Part shown: positions 55,825 through 64,000 of the stretch, piece after piece
Layout of the letters: every line of letters starts with the position of its first letter
How positions within the stretch are numbered: position 1 is the stretch's first letter
NCBI GenBank assembly: GCA_030018475.1
Contig: JASEFT010000001.1
Location: 15,111-79,110, forward strand
Source: Thermoplasmatota archaeon
GTDB taxonomy: Archaea; Thermoplasmatota; JASEFT01
Length of the DNA stretch: 64,000 nucleotides
Direction: 5' to 3'
The notes under the pieces: generated by a model
What the model was told of the DNA's origin: nothing
Seen by the model: the letters and a program-made list of their open reading frames with translations, nothing else
The model's database searches: none
Translations under genes and position numbers: made by a program

Positions 55825-55870
55825 CAGTGAGTAAATTCTCTGGCGGATATATAAACTATAGCTCGAAAGA

Positions 55871-55944
55871 TGCGTCTGCCGGGATTTGAACCCGGGCTAT
55901 GAGCTTGGGAAGCTCAAGTCCTAACCAGACTAGACTACAGACGC
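55871..55944 (-). tRNA. tRNA-Gly (anticodon CCC), no encoded CCA
   Basis: Manual cloverleaf fold. Acceptor GCGUCUG/CAGACGC, D-stem GUCU/GGAC, anticodon stem UGAGC/GCUCA with loop UUCCCAA, T-stem CCGGG/CCCGG with loop UUCAAAU, discriminator A. Confidence 0.9.
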
Positions 55945-55989
55945 TCCAATACCAAAATAACTTTACGCTCGTTTAAAAGTTGCTTTTAG

Positions 55990-56571
55990 AAGAACTGGTG
56001 CGAGCAAAGTAGTAAAGGTATGAAGAAGATAGCAAGCATGCCTATGTCCTTTATCGCAGATAGATCTATTATTGCGCCAATCCAGACGAAAAAACAAAGG
56101 TATGAAAAATTAAATCATAACCGGCAATGACATAGTGCCGTTTAGCACTCTAGTTAGTAAAAACGGTCCTAGCAAGATTCCAGCAAGTATTTCTCCAATA
56201 ACCGTCAGCTGCTTGAGCTTTTCAAATGCATAGCCTAACGCTTTTGCAGCGATAATTGCAAGTGCAATCTCAAGCAGCATTTTCAGACAGAAGTCAAGTC
56301 AGGCATGCCGAATCTATAAGAGGGAAAACTTTCGGTGCGAAAATATTAAGGACGTTATGCTCAGTAATTACACCTACAACTTTTCTGCTGCCTTCACTCT
56401 TTACAACCCAAATATGGTCTTTACCTCATAAAATCGCTAATACTTTATCCAAAACCGCTTGTCAACAATATCTTCAACTTTAAGCTCGTAAAACGATTCC
56501 GTTAATTCCTTCTGCTCAGTCATGGCTTTTAAAAGGCGATAGAATGGCTTAAATATTCTCATTACTATATG
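55990..56571 (-). pseudogene. degraded duplicate of the CBS-domain protein plus CPA2 antiporter pair (remnants)
   Basis: Minus-strand fragments FYELKVEDIVDKRFW and WVVKSEGSRKVVGVITEHNVLNIFAPK match the CBS protein at 41178-41675. MLLEIALAIIAAKALG...VIGEILAGILLG and FFIPLFF match the antiporter at 41705-42928. Multiple stops and frameshifts. Confidence 0.7.
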
Positions 56572-56651
56572 AATAAAACGGTGAAAATAAGATTAGCGTA
56601 ATAAAAGGTATCTCAGAAACTCTATACAAAGCTTACAAAAAGAAGTTAGCG

Positions 56652-57464
56652 TTGGATGAGTTACTACGTAAAAAAACAGGGCTAAAAATTAACTTGATGA
56701 AGCAACTGTCAGATAGTTTCTCTAAAGTTTACGAGAGGAAGCTTACTGAAGAGATCTTAGCAAATCCTCTTCCTAATCATATAGCTATTATAATGGACGG
56801 AAATAGAAGATTTGCAGAAAAGCTAGGCTTGAAGCCTATTGAAGGACATGTCATGGGCAGGGATAAACTAGAAGAAGTGCTTGACTGGTGTTTAGAGCTA
56901 GGTATAAAGATAGTTACTGTTTATGCGCTTTCTACGGAGAATATTATGAGAACTGCTGAGGAGTTAAAAGCGCTCTTGGAACTTTTCACAGAAAGTTTCA
57001 GAAAGGCTGGCGATGATGAAAGAGTACACAGAAACAAAGTAAGAATAAAAGCTATTGGCAGAGTAGATATTTTGCCTAGAGAAGTTCAAGAATCGATAAA
57101 ATATGCAGAAGATAGGACAAAAGAGCACGAGAATTACTATCTTAACATAGCAATAGCTTACGGGGGCAGGGAGGAAATAGTGCAGGCTGTGAGAGGAATT
57201 GCAAATGATGTGAAGGTTGGTAAATTAGATGAAAGCAGTATAAACGAGGAGCTAATATCTTCTTATCTCTATACTAAAGATTTGCCTGATCCTGATTTGA
57301 TTTTAAGGACTTCTGGTGAGGAAAGAATCTCTAATTTCCTGCTCTGGCAGCTTGCTTATTCAGAACTATATTTTGCAGATGTTTATTGGCCTGAACTTAG
57401 AAAGATAGATTTTCTTAGAGCAATAAGAGCTTATCAGCATCGTCAGCGCAGGTTTGGAGAGTAA
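56652..57464 (+). CDS. uppS: cis-prenyltransferase (undecaprenyl/dehydrodolichyl diphosphate synthase)
   Basis: HIAIIMDGNRRFA and downstream RTSGE..SNFLLWQ motifs. 270 aa. Confidence 0.85.
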   Translation: MDELLRKKTGLKINLMKQLSDSFSKVYERKLTEEILANPLPNHIAIIMDGNRRFAEKLGLKPIEGHVMGRDKLEEVLDWCLELGIKIVTVYALSTENIMRTAEELKALLELFTESFRKAGDDERVHRNKVRIKAIGRVDILPREVQESIKYAEDRTKEHENYYLNIAIAYGGREEIVQAVRGIANDVKVGKLDESSINEELISSYLYTKDLPDPDLILRTSGEERISNFLLWQLAYSELYFADVYWPELRKIDFLRAIRAYQHRQRRFGE

Positions 57465-57499
57465 AATATATATTGAGTTAAAAATCTTTACTTATAAAG

Positions 57500-59992
57500 A
57501 TGAAAATAAAAAAGCTTAGCGCTGTGATAGCCTTTGTTCTTATATTGCTCTCGTCCCTGAGTTTTATTCCTTTAAATGCCAAAGGCGCTGTTGTGGAAAG
57601 TGATAGCGAAGTACCAATAGCTCTATATTTTCATAGGAATAATACAATGAATACCACTCCGCCAGCCGTAGGCGTAGAGGCGAAAGCATCACTAAAAGAT
57701 GGTGGATCAATAACTTTTTTCTCTCCTGAGTTGAAAGAGGATCTAACTGTGAACACAATTTACTGCAACGTTAGTTTTTATCTAGAGATCAAAGTTACAC
57801 AAGTACATACGCCGCACACTGATCCAAACGAAACTGTTGATGTGAAGTTGAGTTTCTCTTTCGAGAATCCAGAGCTGCGTGCAGAGGCTACAGAATGGTT
57901 TGAAGACGTTATCGAATGGAGTGGCTGGAAAACAGTCAATCTTACTTACGATAAGACTGGTAAGGTTACATTAAAAAAATATTCTAACTTAACTTTAAAA
58001 ATCTCTTCAAAAGCGGTTCCCTCGTCAATTCTTGCATACAACTATAATGTAACGCTTTACTACGACGAGAAAAATTACGCATCGCAGGTATCATTTCCTT
58101 GTTCGCCGGTAACAGCCACTGTAACTACAGAAGGTGGTACTGAATTCAAGCCTTATGCGCCAACCCCCGAAATACCATTTAAAGGAAACATAAAAGACGC
58201 TTTTGACAACGAAGACTTAAAAGAAGTAAGATTAGAAATCAATGGCCCAGGCTATCATTATACTACTCCGCCACTGGAAAATATAACAACCGGCGATTAC
58301 ACCTATAAATGGAACTATTCTGGTGAGAGCTCCAGACTGAAAGCAGGCAACTACACAGCAAGACTTAACGTAATAACTCATCAGCATACATTTTACAAAA
58401 CCACTAATTTTACGTTTATTGCCTGCGCTTTGGATTCATGGTCAAATCGTACATATGAAACAATACTTGTAGGCAAGTCTGCAAGCTATGCAGTAGCTAT
58501 AAGAAACACAGGTTCATATGATACTACAGTTACTATCAATATATCTTTCGATATACAAATTATACCCGGCGGAAGTCATTTATGGAACATAACTGTTTTT
58601 GACAAAGATAGAGGCGTTATTGTGGGTAACGTAAGTACTAACGCAAGCAGGAGTTTGTATTATGATGTTTACAATTTCAATGGCGGCAGTACTAAAAATC
58701 TTATTTTAACTGTAACTTCTGCAGACACCACAATAGGCGTGGATTGGAAATGCAGAGTAGATTTACATGCACGCTCGATTACTCCCGGCCATGAGGCAGA
58801 TGCGCCGCCAGTTACTATTTTCACTTATATTGCGGCGCCTTACGAAATAAATATCACATGGTCGAAAAGGTATGATTACATACTTGTTAACAGACTATAC
58901 CAGCTCGAGCTTACTGTAATTAATCTAGGCTCTATGCCGGATTCGGTTGAAATTGTGCTCAACTATACTAATAAAGCTGTCTGGAATATAACCTTAGAAA
59001 AGGACATCGTAGAAAATCTTAATCCCTATGGCTCACCAGGCTATTTTAGTGCAGTTAAACTTAACGTTACAGCTAATACCACCGCAGGTGCAGATAATAC
59101 TACACTAAACATTACTGCAGAATCTGTTTACGCGCCACTGGATTATAAAGCCAACTGGACTAATAAGACACTCAAATATTTAACTCTAGAGCTTAAGCGC
59201 GCGTTCGGAATATCTCTGCCTGATGTGGGTGAGTATACTAAGAATGTAGATGTGAAAGTTTCTCAAGATCAAGCGCAATATACAATCGCTCTAGAAACTA
59301 ATGACGAGATTCCTCATTTGGTTAGGCTAACTGCAAACGCAACTCCTCCTTTAACCGCAACTCTTGAAAGTACTTACGTAGAAGTCTCTAAAGCTACTCG
59401 TAAGGAAGTAATTTTAACAGTTACAGCTCCTAAAGGAACTCGCGCAGGCAGCTATACAACAATTATAAACGTGGGTATTGAGGTAGAAGGTATCGTTAGT
59501 CCGGAGCATACTAAAACGAAATCTGTAATTACAATTGTAAATACTTACTATGATATAGACGTGGTATGGTCTGACGAAAACATCAAGGTTATTAATCTTA
59601 CCGCCTCTCCAGGCGCTACGATAACGAAGAGCTTAAAAGTAACTAATAAAGGCAATAATTTTACAGATGTCGCTCTATTTCTGGCTAAGGGTTGGGAATA
59701 TGCTAGTTTAGAAACAGAGCGTATAGATGGATTGGCGCCAGCCCCCAACAACACCTGTAAAATAGATATAATTTTGAAAATACCTAGTGATGCAAAGCAC
59801 GGCCAGAAAATTCTAATTGAAGTAAGAGCTACTGCTTATGGCGAAACAGAAACTACAACTCTTATAATTGAAGTTACTAAAACAGAGCTGGAGCGCTTTT
59901 GGGACATTCTAGCTCAGATGGCTCATTTCATTATACTTTTAATCGCTGTTATTGTTGTTTTTGTAACGATGTGGCTGAAGAGAAGGAAGTAG
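57500..59992 (+). CDS. cell-surface glycoprotein-like protein with N-terminal signal and C-terminal TM anchor, 830 aa
   Basis: Signal (LSAVIAFVLILLSSLSF). Repeated Ig/CARDB-like segments with dense NxS/T. C-terminal TM plus basic tail (FIILLIAVIVVFVTMWLKRRK). Confidence 0.7.
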   Translation: MKIKKLSAVIAFVLILLSSLSFIPLNAKGAVVESDSEVPIALYFHRNNTMNTTPPAVGVEAKASLKDGGSITFFSPELKEDLTVNTIYCNVSFYLEIKVTQVHTPHTDPNETVDVKLSFSFENPELRAEATEWFEDVIEWSGWKTVNLTYDKTGKVTLKKYSNLTLKISSKAVPSSILAYNYNVTLYYDEKNYASQVSFPCSPVTATVTTEGGTEFKPYAPTPEIPFKGNIKDAFDNEDLKEVRLEINGPGYHYTTPPLENITTGDYTYKWNYSGESSRLKAGNYTARLNVITHQHTFYKTTNFTFIACALDSWSNRTYETILVGKSASYAVAIRNTGSYDTTVTINISFDIQIIPGGSHLWNITVFDKDRGVIVGNVSTNASRSLYYDVYNFNGGSTKNLILTVTSADTTIGVDWKCRVDLHARSITPGHEADAPPVTIFTYIAAPYEINITWSKRYDYILVNRLYQLELTVINLGSMPDSVEIVLNYTNKAVWNITLEKDIVENLNPYGSPGYFSAVKLNVTANTTAGADNTTLNITAESVYAPLDYKANWTNKTLKYLTLELKRAFGISLPDVGEYTKNVDVKVSQDQAQYTIALETNDEIPHLVRLTANATPPLTATLESTYVEVSKATRKEVILTVTAPKGTRAGSYTTIINVGIEVEGIVSPEHTKTKSVITIVNTYYDIDVVWSDENIKVINLTASPGATITKSLKVTNKGNNFTDVALFLAKGWEYASLETERIDGLAPAPNNTCKIDIILKIPSDAKHGQKILIEVRATAYGETETTTLIIEVTKTELERFWDILAQMAHFIILLIAVIVVFVTMWLKRRK

Positions 59993-60105
59993 TAGAAGAA
60001 ACTCTTCAGAGAAAGAAAAAGTAGGTCAAAGTTTTGTCTTTTTGAAAAGCAGTGAAAATATTATTAATATAGCAAATCATTTCTCTAAAAAGGTGAACTG
60101 GCAAA

Positions 60106-63100
60106 ATGAGCGCAAAAGGAGTTTGGGTCGCATATTTGGCTTTGGGACTGCTCGTTGCTGGATTGGTAGTAAGTGCGCAGCAAAATATCTGGAATCAGAA
60201 TGAGAAGAATATTGTGAAGGCAAGCGGAGACGAAATAATAGATAGTGCGATAACATGGTTTAATTTAACTAAGATTATGGATGGCAATCTCACAATAACT
60301 TCAACTGGTAAACTCACGCTCAGAAATGTTACCCTGATAATGAACTGCACAATAAACGGTCAATATTATATTGAAGTACAGAGCGGCGGAGAAATGTACA
60401 TTTTGAACAATTCTAACATAACTTCTGCGAGAGAGTTTCATTATCTTTTCTGGGTGCGCAATAATAGCACATTTGAAATGAGGGATAGTGAGTTCCACGG
60501 GTGCGGGTACGCTAACTGGACAGAGCCAAGTCATAGAGGACTATTCATTCAAGCGAATAATACAGTGATAGCAAATAATCTGATTTCAAATAACTATTAT
60601 GGGATATTCCTTTATCAATCTTCGGATGGACTAATTCTCGATAATAACATAAGTTCGAACCAAGATGGTATAGAACTTTACTACTCCACTAACAACCTAA
60701 TATCTAACAATCAAATAAGTTCGAGTATCTCTGTGGGCATCTATCTAGATATTAGTTCTACGCACAATATTTTATTGAACAATACTATTAAAGGCGATGG
60801 AATTTCAGGTGATTATGGTATCGTCGTCTCTCAATCAAATAATAATACAATTTCAAACAATAAAGTAAGCTCAGAAGATTATGGTATCTATCTCGATAGC
60901 TCAGGCAATATTACCATCGTAAACTGTAGTGTATTAAACAGCGAAACGGGTATATCGCTCGAGGACTACTCTCACAATAATCGATTAATCAGTAACGAAA
61001 TACGCAATAACAAATACGATGGCATCAGGCTAGATAATTCTGACAACAACACATTAATTGGAAATCTATTATACAACAATTCTTATGATGATGCTTACGG
61101 CGGGATTCGTCTCTCCCACAGTGATAATAATTTGATATTTAATTGCTCCATGATCAATAACTTTTATAATGGGATTATAATTAGTCACTCGAGCAGCAAT
61201 ATCGTTGATAGCTGCAATATTTCTGGTAATGAACATAACGGGACAAGAGTTGAGTTTTCTAAAAACAATGCAATTGTAAATTCAACTATCTCTGGCAATT
61301 ATTCTAATCTGAGCTATCGCGATATTTACTTGTGGGGCGACTCAATACTGAGCCTTGTGAATACTACATTTAACAGTTCGAGCGTGTTCATCATCTCGCC
61401 TCTCGCTATACTCAATGTTTCTTGGTATTTGAACGTTAAAGTTATAGACACTGATGCAAAGCCAATCCATTATGCTAACGTTGCTGTTAGAGATAATCAT
61501 AGCAAATTAGTAGGAAATTTTGCAACTGATAAAGGAGGCTGGGCGAAATATATTCCTTGCATGGCATATAGTGAGAACATTACCGGCAGAGATTACTCAA
61601 TGAACAATCACAGTATAGTCGTTGGTAATAACACTCAGAGCCATAATATGTCAGAAAACCAAGAGATAGTCATGCCTGTAAGCTATTTCTCTATAGCAAG
61701 TCCTGTCCCAACTGCTCTGAGCTACGAAAACTATCTAATTGTGCAAGAAAATAATCTGACAATCACTGAAAACGGAACTCTAACCTTGAGCAATATAACT
61801 CTAAAAATGAACTGTAGCTATAACGGCTCACTTGCTATTGAAGTTTTGAGCGGTGGTGAAATGTATATTCTCAACAACTCAAACATCACCTCAACAAATT
61901 CAAACAATCATTATCTTTTCTGGGTGCGCAATGATAGCAAATTTGAGATGAGGGATTCTGAGTTGAGTGAGTGCGGATACGACTACCCTTATGACTCTGC
62001 GGGGCTTTGGGTAAATACAGATAATGCTATCATAGAAAACTCCACTCTTTCATGGAATTATAAAGGAATAATCTTAGACTGCTCCAATTGGAGTACCATT
62101 TCAAACACTACTATTTCATATAACAACAATGACGGGGTTGACATTATCTCCGCTATGAATAGCAGTATAGCAAACTGCACAATAAATAACAATTGTCGTG
62201 GCATCGTTTTGGACTATTCTATAAACAACATCGTAATAGACTGTACAATTTACAATGTTTTTGGTGGTTTTCATCTTGAATATTCTTCATATAATATAAT
62301 CACGAACTGTACAATCTACGACTCTGACATCGGCATCTATCTTGGACTTTCTTCGGTGAACATCATAACAAACTGTGTAATTTACAATGGCTCTCAGGGC
62401 ATCCAATTTTCTTTTTCTTTAAATAATATTGTAGAAAATTGCGCAATCTACAACAGCTCCGGGTGGGGCATCTATATGTCCTCCTCGTCGGATTACAACA
62501 ATATAATAAAATGCACGATTTATAATAACAGCTACAATGGTATAAAAATTGTTTACTCCTCAAACAACACCATAACAAATTGTACGATCTATAATAACTC
62601 CCCCTACGGCATCCATATTTACTGGACATATTTAACCATTTATCCGTGCCCAAATAATACCAAAATCATAAACTGCGCCATTTATAACAACTCATGGGCT
62701 GGCATTAAAATAGATTCTTCTCTAAACACCGATATAATAAACTGCGTAATTTATAACAGTTCTTCTGGCATCTCTCTCTACAATTCTTCAAATAACGTTA
62801 TGACAAACTCTAGTATCTATAACAATTTTTACGATTTATATTTATCTGAGCATTCCATGCTTCACTGTCTCAATACTACGTTCGATAAATCTAAAGTTCA
62901 GTTTCCCTTTGGCGACTACAACTCCACTCTCAACGTCTCTTGGTATCTGCACATTAACGTTCTCTGGAACAACAGCGTTCCTGCAGAAGAGGCGAACGTT
63001 AGCGTTCGAGATTTTAATTGTACATTTGATATGATAAATAGAATAACTGATCTATTTGGCTGGGTGAAAGACATAGTTGTTCAGGAATACACTCAAAATC

Positions 63101-64000
63101 AGACAAATACTACATACTTTATTCCTTATAATGTAAATGCTTCTCAAGGCGCTTTCTGGAATTCAACTTCTATACCAATAACTAATACTCTAGAGCTTAT
63201 ACTTTACCTTAATCAACCGTTTCCGCATAACGCGCCTGAAATCTCGGATATATCACCGGATCTAAAATATACAATAACAGAAGGCGTTAGAGTTGAGTTT
63301 AAATTCAACATCTTTCATCAAAATAATTTAACTCTAACTTACTATTGGTATTTTAGTGACGTAGAAGTGAAAAACAACACTCTAGAAAACACTAATATCA
63401 CGCAAGAACTCAACTGGAGCAAATATTTTGACTATCTTTCTGGCAGCGAAATCGGTACTGAATATAAAATCAAAATTAAAATTTCAGACAGCAATGCAAC
63501 TGTATCTAGGACTTGGAAAGTAATAGTGATAAATATCGATGCTCCACCTGAAATTACATCTTACGAGCCGAAATGGTATACTATGAGCATAACTGAAGAG
63601 CAAATAATAACTTTTACTGTCGTGGTTTTCGAAGCAGACTGCGATGCTATAAGCTATTGGTGGTATGTTTATTACGAAAATGTAACTGAGTGGGTTAAAA
63701 CATATGGCGGAGTTAATGCTACAGGCACGCAATCGTTCGGACCTTTTGATGCAGCTGGGAATTATACTGTGTTGGTAAATGTTTCTAGTTACAATGCAAC
63801 TCTTAATGAGAGTTTAACTGTCACACATAATTGGCTTTTGAGGGTTTGGAATGTAACTGAGTTAAGCCAGCAGCTCGCTAACTTACAGCAGCAAATAAAT
63901 ACGATGAACGATACGATAACAAATTTAAATTCAAACCTTACTCAATCAAACGCTACTATTAGCTCTTTACAAGACCAGCTTGACACACTAAACGGTACTG
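60106..64000 (+). CDS. giant right-handed parallel beta-helix (PbH1/NosD-like) surface protein, 3' partial (runs off window), at least 1298 aa
   Basis: ATG at 60106 with AGGTGA 10 nt upstream. Signal/TM (VWVAYLALGLLVAGLVV). Two ~540-aa modules, each starting G.LTL.N.TL.MNC...EV.SGGEMYILNNSNITS...HYLFWVRN and filled with PbH1-like repeats (N.I..N.....GI.L). Coiled-coil-like heptads near 63850-64000. Not in the ORF track because no stop occurs in the window. Confidence 0.65.
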   Translation, partial: MSAKGVWVAYLALGLLVAGLVVSAQQNIWNQNEKNIVKASGDEIIDSAITWFNLTKIMDGNLTITSTGKLTLRNVTLIMNCTINGQYYIEVQSGGEMYILNNSNITSAREFHYLFWVRNNSTFEMRDSEFHGCGYANWTEPSHRGLFIQANNTVIANNLISNNYYGIFLYQSSDGLILDNNISSNQDGIELYYSTNNLISNNQISSSISVGIYLDISSTHNILLNNTIKGDGISGDYGIVVSQSNNNTISNNKVSSEDYGIYLDSSGNITIVNCSVLNSETGISLEDYSHNNRLISNEIRNNKYDGIRLDNSDNNTLIGNLLYNNSYDDAYGGIRLSHSDNNLIFNCSMINNFYNGIIISHSSSNIVDSCNISGNEHNGTRVEFSKNNAIVNSTISGNYSNLSYRDIYLWGDSILSLVNTTFNSSSVFIISPLAILNVSWYLNVKVIDTDAKPIHYANVAVRDNHSKLVGNFATDKGGWAKYIPCMAYSENITGRDYSMNNHSIVVGNNTQSHNMSENQEIVMPVSYFSIASPVPTALSYENYLIVQENNLTITENGTLTLSNITLKMNCSYNGSLAIEVLSGGEMYILNNSNITSTNSNNHYLFWVRNDSKFEMRDSELSECGYDYPYDSAGLWVNTDNAIIENSTLSWNYKGIILDCSNWSTISNTTISYNNNDGVDIISAMNSSIANCTINNNCRGIVLDYSINNIVIDCTIYNVFGGFHLEYSSYNIITNCTIYDSDIGIYLGLSSVNIITNCVIYNGSQGIQFSFSLNNIVENCAIYNSSGWGIYMSSSSDYNNIIKCTIYNNSYNGIKIVYSSNNTITNCTIYNNSPYGIHIYWTYLTIYPCPNNTKIINCAIYNNSWAGIKIDSSLNTDIINCVIYNSSSGISLYNSSNNVMTNSSIYNNFYDLYLSEHSMLHCLNTTFDKSKVQFPFGDYNSTLNVSWYLHINVLWNNSVPAEEANVSVRDFNCTFDMINRITDLFGWVKDIVVQEYTQNQTNTTYFIPYNVNASQGAFWNSTSIPITNTLELILYLNQPFPHNAPEISDISPDLKYTITEGVRVEFKFNIFHQNNLTLTYYWYFSDVEVKNNTLENTNITQELNWSKYFDYLSGSEIGTEYKIKIKISDSNATVSRTWKVIVINIDAPPEITSYEPKWYTMSITEEQIITFTVVVFEADCDAISYWWYVYYENVTEWVKTYGGVNATGTQSFGPFDAAGNYTVLVNVSSYNATLNESLTVTHNWLLRVWNVTELSQQLANLQQQINTMNDTITNLNSNLTQSNATISSLQDQLDTLNGT

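Noticed and set aside
56256-56483. 75-aa plus-strand ORF between tRNA-Gly and uppS
   Set aside because: The minus strand here carries recognisable pseudogene remnants of the CBS/antiporter pair. The plus ORF has no features.

Overview
This is an AT-rich archaeal chromosomal window. The archaeal assignment rests on archaeal/eukaryotic-type ProRS, the archaeal PheRS beta subunit, ABCE1 with an N-terminal Fe-S domain, Orc1/Cdc6, CoaBC next to a GHMP pantoate-kinase-like gene, Dph6-like diphthine-ammonia ligase, and a CCA-less tRNA-Gly. Housekeeping genes (NadE, a C-N hydrolase, two AspAT paralogs, PyrC, an MtaD-like deaminase, UppS, a DHH/RecJ-like protein, AMMECR1) are interleaved with very large, N-glycosylation-sequon-rich cell-surface proteins of 1953, 1088, 1047, 1055, 1353, 830 and more than 1298 aa. 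Three of these giants lie in one tightly overlapped minus-strand operon with a MoxR AAA+ ATPase, a DUF58 protein and a DUF4350-like membrane protein. The most unusual signal is a pair of divergent, hairpin-rich ~290-nt elements on opposite strands (8460-8745 on minus, 44563-44856 on plus). Each has UUCG and GGAA tetraloops, a closing helix and compensatory base changes, and each is preceded by a TATA-like box. One copy sits just upstream of orc1/cdc6. I read them as a candidate undescribed structured ncRNA family, or alternatively an origin-linked element. The window also shows genome decay and rearrangement. A phosphomevalonate-dehydratase (AcnX DUF521/DUF126) locus is broken by frameshifts and truncated next to an IS110-family transposase remnant. 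A degraded duplicate of the CBS plus CPA2-antiporter pair lies beside the tRNA-Gly. The 1953-aa surface protein is separated from its C-terminal caspase-like (clan CD) peptidase domain by a frameshift at a T6 homopolymer. No CRISPR array, restriction-modification system or intact prophage was seen.
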